Positions 38,231 to 49,422 of a stretch of DNA of 64,000 bases are shown piece after piece. The position numbers were made by a program, and so were the translations under genes. The notes beneath the pieces were generated by a model that made no database searches, had not been told where the DNA came from, and saw only the letters and a program-made list of their open reading frames with translations. Numbering within the stretch: the first letter of the stretch is position 1; every line of letters begins with the position of its first letter. Source of the stretch: Sphaerodactylus townsendi (Eukaryota); NCBI RefSeq assembly GCF_021028975.2, contig NC_059428.1, positions 8,122,001-8,186,000 of the forward strand. Direction: 5' to 3'.

Positions 38231-39631
38231 GATCAGGGGTCTTCAAACTATGGCCCTCCAAATGTTCAGAGACGACAATTCCCATGAGCCCTACCACTTG
38301 GCCATTCTGGCAGGGGCTGTTGGGAATTGTAGTCCATGAACATCTGGAGGGCCATAGTTTGAAGACCCCTGATTTAGACTGATAAGATGTCCTTCCCCCT
38401 TAAGTGCTCAGGGTACCAACAACGTTTGTGTTACGATAAAAACGTTTGTGTTACGATAAAAAAACATAAAATGTTTGTGTTACCATGAAATCCAATAAAA
38501 TCTGGTCAATAAGACAATGCCGTTTCCCCCAAAATAAGACAGGGTCATATATTTATTTTTGCTCCAAAAGATGCCGTCGTCTAGCCTGGAGGTGACCGTT
38601 GCATGGATCCCCATTGCTAGAACACTTTGGGACAGGTAAAGAGCCAGCAGCCTAACCTGGCACAGGTTGTAAAACACCCAAAGGTCCACATTCATACGGA
38701 GGCATCCAGAGGCACTCGGAGGCTCCCGATGGTGGTGCTGGTGTTAGTTGCCTTCAAGAGCAGGGAGCTGGACTCCCCCATCTGCCCTTCCCCCCCTCAG
38801 CCACCACAGAACCTCCAGTGGATTCAACTTCACCCCGTGAAAACATGTCAGCAAACATTTCAGCAAAGAAGAAGAGGAAGAGTTTGGCTTTATCTCCCCC
38901 CTTTCTCTCCTGCAGGAGACTCAAAGGCCATAATCTCCTCTGTCTCCCCTCACACAACCAACACCCTGTGGGGTGGGTGAGGCTGAGAGAGTTCGGTGAA
39001 GGTGTGAGTAGCCCATGTCACCCAGCTGGGATGTGGGTGTGTGGGAGTGCACAGGCTAATCTGAATTCCCCGTGAGAAGCCTCCACAGCTCAGGGCGGCA
39101 GAGCTGGGAATCAAACCCGTTCCTCCAGATTAGGTACACGGTGCCTAACCCTCCCTGCCACCACTGCTGCTCCTACTGGGGCAATGGGACAAAGTGTCTT
39201 CTGTGGCAGCCCCACAATTGTGGACAAACATTCCCAGTGAGATGCCCCCTGCCCCCCTCACCTTTGACCTTTGGGAGGCCGTCGAAGACAGCTTTATTCA
39301 CAATGGCAAGGAATGGTTCAACTTCTTCTGCCTATTTGCAGTTTTATTGATTATTGATTTCCAACTATTGCTTTTACTGATTTCCAACCAGGGACATAGG
39401 AAACGGGGGGGGGGGGGTTCTTGGGTTCAAACCCCTCCCATTACATGTCCGGCTTGCTTGAAACAGTGCATGGAATGGAACAGCCGGAAAGCCCTCAGTC
39501 ACCGAACACGCCCCCCCCATGAAAAATCTACACCTACATCACTGTCAAATATGGTTTTTTAATTGTGCTTTGTTGTTAAGTTCCCACCCATTCCTATAAG
39601 GTAGAAAAAAGCAGCTAATAAATATCTTAAA

Positions 39632-40644
39632 TCTATATATATAAAAAGCTAACAGTGTTTTTGTTGATGACAGTATACCTCAGTAACTGCTGGGCCAATT
39701 CCTCTGAAAATTCCCAGCCACTATAGTCAGCCAGGCGAGAGTGTTTTTAGATGTTCACATACCTGAAATTTCACACCTGGCCCAGGTAAAACGCCTTTTT
39801 CCTGGCGCTCCCTGGTGAAGGACATGCAGCCGCCTGTGTGTAACTGTCACCCTTAGAATGTTCGTGCTGCTTAGAATGTTCGCTCAGATGGCCACATAGG
39901 AGCAGTGGAAACAGTACATAGGCAGTAACTCGAGTGGAAGTGAAACACATACACACACATACACACGAGGGAGAGGGGAGGGAGGGTGAGGGAGAGAGAG
40001 GGGTGGCATGCAAGGGAAGAGAGGGAGGGAGAGGAGAGGGACGGAGTGGGAGGCATGCAAGGGAAGAGAAGTGAGAGGGGGAGACAGTGAGGGGTGGCAT
40101 GCAAGGGAGGGGAGGCAGGGGGCCCAGCATCTTGATATGACCCACCCACCCTAGCGGAGGGAAAGGGAAGGGGGGGAGGGGTGGCATGCAAAGGAAGAGA
40201 AGTGAGAGAGGGAAGAGAGTGAGGGGCGACATGCAAGGGACGGGAGGGAGGGGCCAGGCACCCTAGATTCCCTGAATACTGTGGTTACAGTTAAGAAAAC
40301 CAGGCACGCATTACTCAAGAGTAAGCTCGGTACAGCAACCGTGACATACTTTGAATGGCTGCATTTACTCTCAGAGGGTTTCCCTCAGAAGTTGACACCC
40401 ATTGCCACCAACCAAACTTACTCCCAGGTAAAGGATCATGACCAGCCAGCCTAGATGTGTGGGAGGGGTGCCTTTCCATTCCCCCCCCCAAGAATGCAGG
40501 CACACACATCAATGACATTGCACAGTATCAGGCTACGTGTTTGCATGAGCACGTACTGCTGGCCTCTGCAATTGATTTGCTGCTACTGTTCCTTTCCCAT
40601 TTCACCGCAATAAGCCACAGCAACGCGTGGCCGGGCCCTGCTAG
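39632..40644 (+). mobile_element. Non-autonomous Helitron
   Basis: 5' a|TCTATATATATAAAA; 3' GCCAC-agcaacgc-GTGGC hairpin (40614-40631) then CTAG|t; inserted between A and T with no TSD. Confidence 0.85.
39965..40255. repeat. Purine/G-rich minisatellite inside the Helitron
   Basis: About five copies of gg(t/a)ggcatgcaaggga separated by GA-rich spacers. Confidence 0.8.
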
Positions 40645-42044
40645 TAAATCAATAAAATATCACACATTGGTAGTAAAAATTCAGCATTAAAAACCTTACC
40701 AGATAATAATAATAATTTAAAAACTGAGCAGCTTAAAATTAGGGTTTGTTCATAAATTTTATTTATATGGTTCTTGACTCACTGAACTACTTATCAGGAT
40801 ATCCTTTATAGCAGTGGTGGGATTCAGCCGGTTCGCACCTCTTCGGCAGAACCGGTTGTTAAAATGGTGCTTGTAAACAACCAGTTGTTAAATTGTTTGA
40901 ATCCCACCACTGGTTTATACCCCACCCGCCTCTCTGAATCAATGTTATATATTAGACAAAGAGATCTGGATTTTGTATATATGTATTTATGTCTCTACAT
41001 TAGAAAAATATAGTCACCAAAAAATTGGGTTGCCAACTCTGGCTTGGGAAATACCTAGAAATTTGGGAGAGGAGCTTAAGAAGGTTGGAGTTCCAATGTT
41101 CTTCCCCCCAAAAGGAATCAAGCCCTGGCCCCCCCCCCATATAGAACAGCCAAGAATCACAAGAGCCAGGCCAAACTGGACCGTGGACCAGAGGATCCAT
41201 CTAGTCCAGCACTCTGCTTCTCACGGTGAGGCCCACCAGGTGCCTTTGGGAGCTCAGTGCAGGAGGAGGTGAAAGCAATGGCCAGCTCCCCGCTGCCGGG
41301 TTGCTACCGTCCCCGAAAGCCTACACAGGAGGCACGCTTTTCCAAAGCCTATGGAAAGTGAAGAGAGTTCAACATGGTGGCTCTGGTTTGGGCCTTGGAA
41401 ACCCAGCACAAAACCTCCAATCTGATGGCTGCTATTATCTTTCTCCTTTGGGCATGGCCAACTCATCCCTCAGGTATCCTGGCTCCAAGCCCCTCCTGGG
41501 ATCCTGAACAAGAAAGGACAAATATCTCCATTGTCTGCTGTCCTGACGCTGCCAAACAGATCTCTCCTCTCCGCACAAACAGAAGGACACGGGATACAAA
41601 CACGGTGAGTCTTTTGCATTCCACGTGGGGGGTTCCAAGCGATCAATTGGGAAGACCCCCCTGCTGTCAATGCACAACATTTTAATCTGGAAGGAAACAA
41701 AGAACATGGATTTACATTAAACAAGCACAGGAGGACAAAAGGAGGGGGTGGGTGGGGTCACAGTCTAGGACAGCAGGGGGGTCAGCCCGCCAGACGTCGG
41801 CCTGTTACCCGGTTTGGGGAGCCAGTATTCCCACCTCCAAGACAGCCCAAAACCGGAAAGCAGACGGGGCCTCACCATCAGACTCTGAATGGCAGCCGTG
41901 AACAGCGTTTTAGGGAAGACTATATGCGTACATTGTGAAACCAGGGGATATTCCCAGGGAGGAATTCATTGAGAAATTCCCCAACAGACAAAACGATAAG
42001 CATTAAGACCAAGCGCAGGAAAATGAAAACGCACCAGATATAGA

Positions 42045-42742
42045 TGGGATGGGGGGGGGGGGGACACCTGCCTTGACAATTGTAAGTGGGATCTGGGAGA
42101 CTTAGTAGTCCGCAAACTGAACATGAGTCAGCAGTGTGATGCAGCAGCCAAAAGCCAAACGCAATTCTTTACCGCATCAATAAGCCCGCCCAGCTCAAGG
42201 AACGTAAGAGTACCTCTCTATTCCGTACTGCCAGACTTCACCTGGAATACTGTGTACAGTTCCGCACCCGCTACCGCCAGCCACACCAGCCGGAATGGGT
42301 CCGAGTGCGGGTGACCAAACATGGTCCAAGGTCTGAAATCCACCTCTTGAGGGAGACTTAGGGAGCCGCGGTGTGTTTAGTCCGGAGAGGAGTTAAGGGG
42401 ACCTGATAGGTCTGTTTAAATTATCTGGATGCCAGCGTAATAGCAGGGAGCAAGCCGTTCTTCTGCCGCTCCAGGGCCGGGACCGGACCCATGGGTTCAA
42501 GGTGCAGGAAAAAGAGATTCCCCACCTAAACATCCAGCAAGAATTTCCTGACAATCAGAACTGTTGGGACAATACCGGGAACCTCACCGCCCTGGAGTGT
42601 GGTGGAGTCTCTTTGTTTGGAAGGGATTTTCAGGAGAGGCCGGACGGCCAGCCGACAGGAATGCTTTGACTTCACCCGTACTGCATTGCAGGGGGTTGGA
42701 CTGGATGACTCTTGGGGGTATCTTCCAACTCTAGGATTCTAT
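42045..42742 (+). mobile_element. CR1 LINE 3' fragment, indel-rich
   Basis: MSQQCDAAAK..VPLYS.L; 3' end tcttccaactctaggattct. Confidence 0.8.
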
Positions 42743-43290
42743 TTACTAAGAGCTTCCTAATCCCTGAACATAATTCTTTAGCAGTAAGAATAAAGCATAC
42801 GAACAACAAATGAGAAAATCTTTGCTAGAATCCTTTATGAATCCAATCCTCCCTATCGAAAATAGGGTCAGGGGTTTGATAAATTGCCTCATCTGTGACC
42901 ATTTGATCAGTAACTAACCAACTGGGTGTCAAATAGAGTTGAATCTTCTAGATGATGAGGAAGGTGACCCCCCCCACCTGAGCACTCTTGGGAATTACCG
43001 TAAGCCCCGTCAGTTTAGAATGTGGCCTTTTAAACTCCATTTCCGTTATCTAAAAAAATAACACCTATTAAACTAAATACACACACACACAGTTTACAAC
43101 TTTAGTGAGGCCAAATAATCGCATTGTAAAGGACCTAGCAAAACCAAATGGTTGCCTCATAAAAGACCCAACATACAAGACAGACAATGTCTAAGTAAAT
43201 TTAAAGGGATATATACACTTTCTTCGCAGACATGACTGATGCAAAAAGAATGTTATGGCTGAACCTTTATGAAGGGTGAAGTATAAACGA

Positions 43291-43337
43291 TCCTCTGAAG
43301 ATGCTGCCAGCCACAGATGCAGGTGAAACATCAGGAG
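43291..43337 (+). ncRNA. Degenerate minimal type I hammerhead ribozyme motif
   Basis: TCCT-CTGAAGA-[stem II/loop]-GAAA-CATC-AGGA; stem I TCCT/AGGA; lies in a Penelope-like fragment. Confidence 0.55.
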
Positions 43338-43511
43338 AAAATGCTACTAGAACACGGCCCAGAAACCACACAGCACCCCAGTCCTATATACCTTCCCCAT
43401 TAATATCCCTGTTAAGCAGTTAAAGCACTCGATGTCGGTTGACAGAGCAGGAGAGGTTTGGGCGAACCATCCGGCTCAGCCTAGCCTTGGCTTCTTTGAT
43501 ACTTTGATCGC

Positions 43512-44791
43512 TTTCCTTCCTTCCTTCCTTCCTTCCTTCCTTCCTTCCTTCCTTCCTTCTCTTCTTCCCTTCCANNNNNNNNNNNNNNNNNNNNNNNNNN
43601 NNNNNNNNNNNNNNNNNNNNNNNNNNNNNNNNNNNNNNNNNNNNNNNNNNNNNNNNNNNNNNNNNNNNNNNNNNNNNNNNNNNNNNNNNNNNNNNNNNNN
43701 NNNNNNNNNNNNNNNNNNNNNNNNNNNNNNNNNNNNNNNNNNNNNNNNNNNNNNNNNNNNNNNNNNNNNNNNNNNNNNNNNNNNNNNNNNNNNNNNNNNN
43801 NNNNNNNNNNNNNNNNNNNNNNNNNNNNNNNNNNNNNNNNNNNNNNNNNNNNNNNNNNNNNNNNNNNNNNNNNNNNNNNNNNNNNNNNNNNNNNNNNNNN
43901 NNNNNNNNNNNNNNNNNNNNNNNNNNNNNNNNNNNNNNNNNNNNNNNNNNNNNNNNNNNNNNNNNNNNNNNNNNNNNNNNNNNNNNNNNNNNNNNNNNNN
44001 NNNNNNNNNNNNNNNNNNNNNNNNNNNNNNNNNNNNNNNNNNNNNNNNNNNNNNNNNNNNNNNNNNNNNNNNNNNNNNNNNNNNNNNNNNNNNNNNNNNN
44101 NNNNNNNNNNNNTTCCCCACTCCTCTTCCCCACTCTTCCTTCTTCTTCCTCACTTTCCTTTCCCCTTCCCCTTCCTTCCCTCCCTCCCTCCCCTCCCTCC
44201 TTCTTTTTCCCCTTCCCCACTCCTTCCCTCTTCCTTCCCCACCTCTTCCNNNNNNNNNNNNNNNNNNNNNNNNNNNNNNNNNNNNNNNNNNNNNNNNNNN
44301 NNNNNNNNNNNNNNNNNNNNNNNNNNNNNNNNNNNNNNNNNNNNNNNNNNNNNNNNNNNNNNNNNNNNNNNNNNNNNNNNNNNNNNNNNNNNNNNNNNNN
44401 NNNNNNNNNNNNNNNNNNNNNNNNNNNNNNNNNNNNNNNNNNNNNNNNNNNNNNNNNNNNNNNNNNNNNNNNNNNNNNNNNNNNNNNNNNNNNNNNNNNN
44501 NNNNNNNNNNNNNNNNNNNNNNNNNNNNNNNNNNNNNNNNNNNNNNNNNNNNNNNNNNNNNNNNNNNNNNNNNNNNNNNNNNNNNNNNNNNNNNNNNNNN
44601 NNNNNNNNNNNNNNNNNNNNNNNNNNNNNNNNNNNNNNNNNNNNNNNNNNNNNNNNCCTCTTTCCTTTTCCTTTTCCCTTTTCCTTCTTCCTTCCTTCTT
44701 CCTTCTTTTCCTTCTTCCTCTTTTCCCTCTTCCTTCCTTCCTTCTTCCTTCCTTTTCTTCTTCCTCTTCCTTCCTTTTTCCTGAGCTTTAG
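43512..44791. repeat. (TTCC)n/polypyrimidine tract containing two assembly gaps (43575-44112, 44250-44656)
   Basis: Seen directly; ends at AG 44790-44791, 40 bp before the OR52-like ATG. Confidence 0.95.
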
Positions 44792-44830
44792 GTGCCTGGT
44801 TACCCTCCGGGGGAGAATCTCGTTCCCACC

Positions 44831-45808
44831 ATGGCAGCTGTCAATCACACAAGCTTCAGAATAGTCAAATGCATCCTGGTTGGAGTGCAAGGCATGGAGG
44901 ATGCTCACCGCTGGCTTTCCGTCCCCTTCTGCTCCATGTACATAGTTGCGCTCCTGGGAAACAGCCTCCTCCTCTTCGTCATCATCACGGAGCGCACCTT
45001 TCACCAGCCGATGTTCTTCTTCTTAGCCATGCTGGCCAGTACTGACCTCGTGCTGTCTACCACCACCATGCCCAAGACGCTCGGCATCTTCTGTCTGCTA
45101 ACGCTTGAGATCGCCTTTTGAGGCTCATGCGGCCACTAGATGTTCATTATACATTTCCTCGTTTCGGCTGAGTCGGGCCATCTTGCTAGCTTTTCATGGC
45201 TCTACAATACCGTACTGCATTATCTGCGGTGATTCATCACTGCATTACAGCAACTGCGTTGACTCCTTCTTCCTGGATCAGCAAAAGATGGCGTCACAAG
45301 GCAGTGCTGGCCTTTTGCCTGATGGCTTCGCTGACCTTCCTCCTGCTGAGGCTGCCCTTCTGTGGCCCCAACGTCATTTCCCACACCTTCTGCGAGCACA
45401 TGGGGATCGCCCGCCTGGCCTGCGCAGACATCACGCTCAACATATGGTACGGCCTGACGGTGGCTCTCTTGACCACGGGAGCAGATGCCCTTTTCATTGC
45501 CGTCTCATACTGGGCTTGATCTTCCTCATTTCTGGGTTCGTGCCCCGGCCCAAACAGGCTCGGCCAAAGCTCGGACCCAAGTGGCTCTCACCTTCATGGC
45601 CATATTGATGTTCTATGTCCCGGCCTTCTTCTCAATCTTTGCATACAGATTTGCTGTGAACAGCATCCCTCGCCCAGTTCATATCTTGCTGGCCAACCTC
45701 TTTGCCATTGTGCCCCCCATGCTAAACCCCATCGTCTATGGGGTGAGGACCAAGCAAATCCGGCAGCGCCTGGCTCTGGTGCTTTTTCCTCCTAGGAAAC
45801 ACCACTGA
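44831..45808 (+). pseudogene. OR52-like (OR52B/D-type) gene with frameshifts (pseudogene or assembly error)
   Basis: accATGG at 44831. OR motifs are spread over several frames: [46 protein letters not shown]...PPMLNPIVYGVRTKQIR. Indels cluster at ~45090-45300 and ~45510-45590. Confidence 0.88.
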
Positions 45809-46818
45809 TTGATCTCAGTGCAGGTGGAGCTCACAATCCAATTTACTCCAGAGCTGCCCCATCACCATCCATAAGATTAGTCTGGAGTATGGGGGGGAAT
45901 TCATTCATTTACACCCTGCTTTTCTTCCCGTGGGGAGGAAGGCACATAGCCAGAGGTGGGATCCAGCAGGTTCTCACCAGTTCCCGAGAGGGGGTTACTA
46001 ATTATCTGTGTGTGCCGAGAGAAGGGCTTGCTAATTTGGGTCTGTTTTTCCGTTAGAGTTCCATTAGGGTCCAAAAAATCATGAAGTCTCTTGTTGTTTC
46101 CTATGTGGCTTGGTTAGGGCTAAGGTAGAAAAATGGGATCATTCCTCCTTGTTGGGCTGTTTTAAAAGCTCATGTTTTAGGAAATATGGTCAAGTTCCCT
46201 TGTTTCAGGAAAGTCTCCTCTTTGATTCCTAGCAAAACAAAATTGGGTATGTGTAAAGTATTAAATATTTGGACAGGCAGTCAATTAGAGGAGAAGTTAG
46301 TTGTTTCCTGTTGGCAGCAGGATCGCAGAGGAGTTGCTATAGAAATGAGCTTAAATTATGGACAGAAAGAGACCTCAGCTGGAAATTAGGGGAATTTTTT
46401 TTTACAGTAAGAGTTTTTTTTTTACAGTGAACAGAGAAATTATTAATGCCCTCACATCGGAATGCCTCGCCACAGTGTGTGTGTGTGTGTGTGTGTCTGT
46501 GTGTGTTTAATTTGTATCTGAGAATGAAGGGGTAAGCCGAATCTCCTCCTCTGCCAGGGTCCCCCCCCCTTCCCTGGTACCGCTATCATCTCTCTACCTC
46601 TAACGAAATTCCAGTAGAATTTGGATTTCGTGATATAATCAGTGGATAAAAGCAAAGCAGCTATCAAGCAGGAGACTTCAAGGGTCATTGGGAGAGGGAG
46701 CAATTCAGCCTCCACCCCCCCTCAGTGGGGTCTCCAGGAGCATCTCCTGTTTTTGTCTGATCCCAGGAATGTCTGCCTGTCACTCGGGGGGGGGGGAGGC
46801 ATTGGGGGGTACTGCAGG

Positions 46819-47262
46819 TGTAACCTCTATCTGTGGGTTCTGTGGGGCAGAACTTGAAATGAGTTTGCAACAACAAATTTTAAAAACAAAATGGTTTACT
46901 TTCTTAACATATAACATCAAACATCAACATTTAACATCACACTTCAAGGTCCTGTTCAGGTTGCATTTCAAATCCTTCTAGTTACAGTCTACTGATGCTG
47001 CCAAGTCCAATTCTTCTTTGCAAGTGGGTTATTCCTTGAAGACTCCCAGGGCTTCAGAACAGGCTTCAACATGATGAGGCTCTATGAGAACTCTCACCCA
47101 TTACAAACACAAAACCCCCCCTAACAAGGTTCTAGGGCTTATAATCCAAGGTCCTAGTCTGGTAGCCCTGCCTTCCTCCAAACTACATGAGCTCTGCAGC
47201 CTCCTGCTGCTTTGAGTCTCCACCCCTTTCTGGGTCAACCCATTCTGAGCATGGGGGTTACA
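46819..47262 (-). mobile_element. Solo LTR, family A (short variant)
   Basis: Reverse-complement copy, TSD CAGG. Confidence 0.9.
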
Positions 47263-47479
47263 CAGGCAGGTTGGGAGGCCCCATCTGTCCACGATCCTCA
47301 TCAAGAGAAACCAAGTGGAGGAGAGAATCACCTCCTCATCGCCTTCTGAAGGGAGCTTGAAGGCCTCCAAGGGAAGAAGGTACATTTCCCCAGGACTGAC
47401 AAAAACCACCATGGGAAAAATGCTCTCTTAGCCCCTCATGTGCAACATAGCAAATCGTTTTGCTTCACTGTGAAATGTT

Positions 47480-47980
47480 CATTATTTATTTGTTTGTTCC
47501 CATTATGCCCTGCCCTACACCGAAGACCCAGGGCGGCTTATATGATGGGGTTAAAATCCCCATTAAAACATAAAACAGTAAAAACCACCATTAAAACATC
47601 CTTTAAAAGTCAATAAAACATCCATTAAAAATCTCCACCCCTCCCACCCCCACCCTTCTGCTGGCTTTTTGACAGCGGGGACCTGGGGTCAGCATTGAAG
47701 GTTTAAGTGAAGAGGGATATTTAACCAGGCAATGAAACCCACGAAGTGTTGGCGCCTGGCAAATGTCTGCAGGGAGGCTGTTCCACAGCTTGGGACCTAC
47801 CGCAGAGAAAGCCCTCCCGTGTGCCCCCCCCCCCCGGATCACCAGGAGGGCCTCCCCACTTGGCCTCAGTGCTCGGGCTGGCTCATATGGGCATAGGCGC
47901 TCCTCAGGCAGATGGGACCCAAGCCTTTTAGGCGCTTTAAATATGATTGTCAATACCTTGAATTGGGCCCGATAGTGAAT
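47480..47980 (-). mobile_element. L2-type LINE 3' fragment (other L2-like pieces at ~28090-28340, ~29160-29480, ~39170-39300)
   Basis: IIFKA..LG..L.ERL.PYEPARALR.SG..LL..RAFSAVGPKLWNSLP. Confidence 0.75.
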
Positions 47981-47984
47981 GGAG

Positions 47985-48715
47985 AGGCAAACTCTATGCT
48001 GGGGATAATTAGGAAAGGAGTTGATAATAAAACTGCAAGGATTGTCATGCCCTTATACAGCACACGGGGTGGTGCACCTCACACTTGGAGTCCTGTGTTC
48101 AGTTCTGGTCGCCACATCTCAAAAAGGATATTGAAGAGATAGAAAAAGTGCAGAGAAGGGCAATGAGGATGATTGAGGGACTGGAGCACCATCCTTATGA
48201 GGAGAGGCTGCAGCGTTTGGGACTCTTTAGTTTGGAGAGGAGACGTCTGAGGGGGGATATGATTGAAGTCTATAAAATTATGCATGGGGTAGAAAATGTG
48301 GACAGAGAGAAATTGTTCTCTCTCACAATACTAGAACCAGGGGCACCCATTGAAAATGCTGGGGAAGAATTAGGACTAATAAAAGGTTGACTTCTTCACT
48401 TAACGTGATTGGTGTTTGGAATATGCTGCCACAGGAGGTGGTGGATGGCCACCAACCTGGATAGCTTTAAAAGGGGCTTGGACAGATTTTATGGAGGAGA
48501 AGTCGATCTATGGCTACCAATCTTAATCCTCCTTGATCTGAGGTTGCAAATGCCTTAGCAGATCAGGTGCTCAGGAGCAGCAGCCGCAGAAGGCCATTGC
48601 TTTCACCTCCTGCAGGTGAGCTCCCAAAGGCACCTGGTGGGCCACTGCGAGTAGCAGAGAGCTGGACTAGATGGACTCTGGTCTGATCCAGCTGGCTAGT
48701 TCTTATGTTCTTATG
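47985..48715 (+). mobile_element. CR1 LINE 3' fragment
   Basis: Same subfamily as 10573-11302; ORF2 C-terminus plus (TTCTTATG)n tail. Confidence 0.92.
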
Positions 48716-49422
48716 AGAGCTAGTGCAGTTCTGTCAAGGCTGCCGTTATGTGCAACCGATGAGAAACATCTGGTGAAAAGGGACAGGGTTATTCAAGAAG
48801 AGATTTTAATTAATGCAGGAATCACACAGTGCACACTTCCAGCGAATGCGGTGCAAAAACAAACACAAACCAGGAGCAAACAGAATCCAGATGTCTCCCC
48901 GGCCCAGAGCCTAGACAGAGTACTGAAGCACACTATCACAGGAACATAGAACTGGAAGGGACCTCCAGAGTAATCTAGTCCAGCCCCCTGCACTATGAAG
49001 TGCCTCCCCTCCCCCTACCATCCCCCCAGCAAGCCCCTCACTCTATGCCCAGAAGAAGGCAACAGAACCTCTGTGGTCCTGGCCAGGCTGGCCCGGATGG
49101 TCCTTCCGCTGATTCCCCATTTTTGAAAGCTGCAGCCGAGGGATCCCGGCTTGTTGGCGAGGTGGAGCCTGCAGAGGTCTGAGCAGCCACAGCGACCAAC
49201 CTCAGCAGCGAGGTCATAAAGCCCTGGTTCCGCACCAGAAGGTTGTCGGAGCGTCTGGGGAAGGTCCGGGAGGGGTGGGGAGAAGAGGGAATCCAGAGCT
49301 TGCCTGGCGACTGAATGAAGAAGCCGCTGAATGAGAAGCCACTTTAACGGAGCCGCAAGGAAGGGTCTTGCCCGAGCTCATCACCAAGGAGAGCCGTTGG
49401 TTGTTCACGGGAGGAAGACTTG

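Noticed and set aside
38418-38490. Three ~20-bp direct repeats (aacgtttgtgttacgataaa), superficially CRISPR-like
   Set aside because: Local tandem duplication without unique spacers, in a vertebrate genome with no cas genes.
43420-45004. Long ORFs of 225-450 aa on both strands
   Set aside because: Artefacts of N gaps and (TTCC)n low-complexity sequence.
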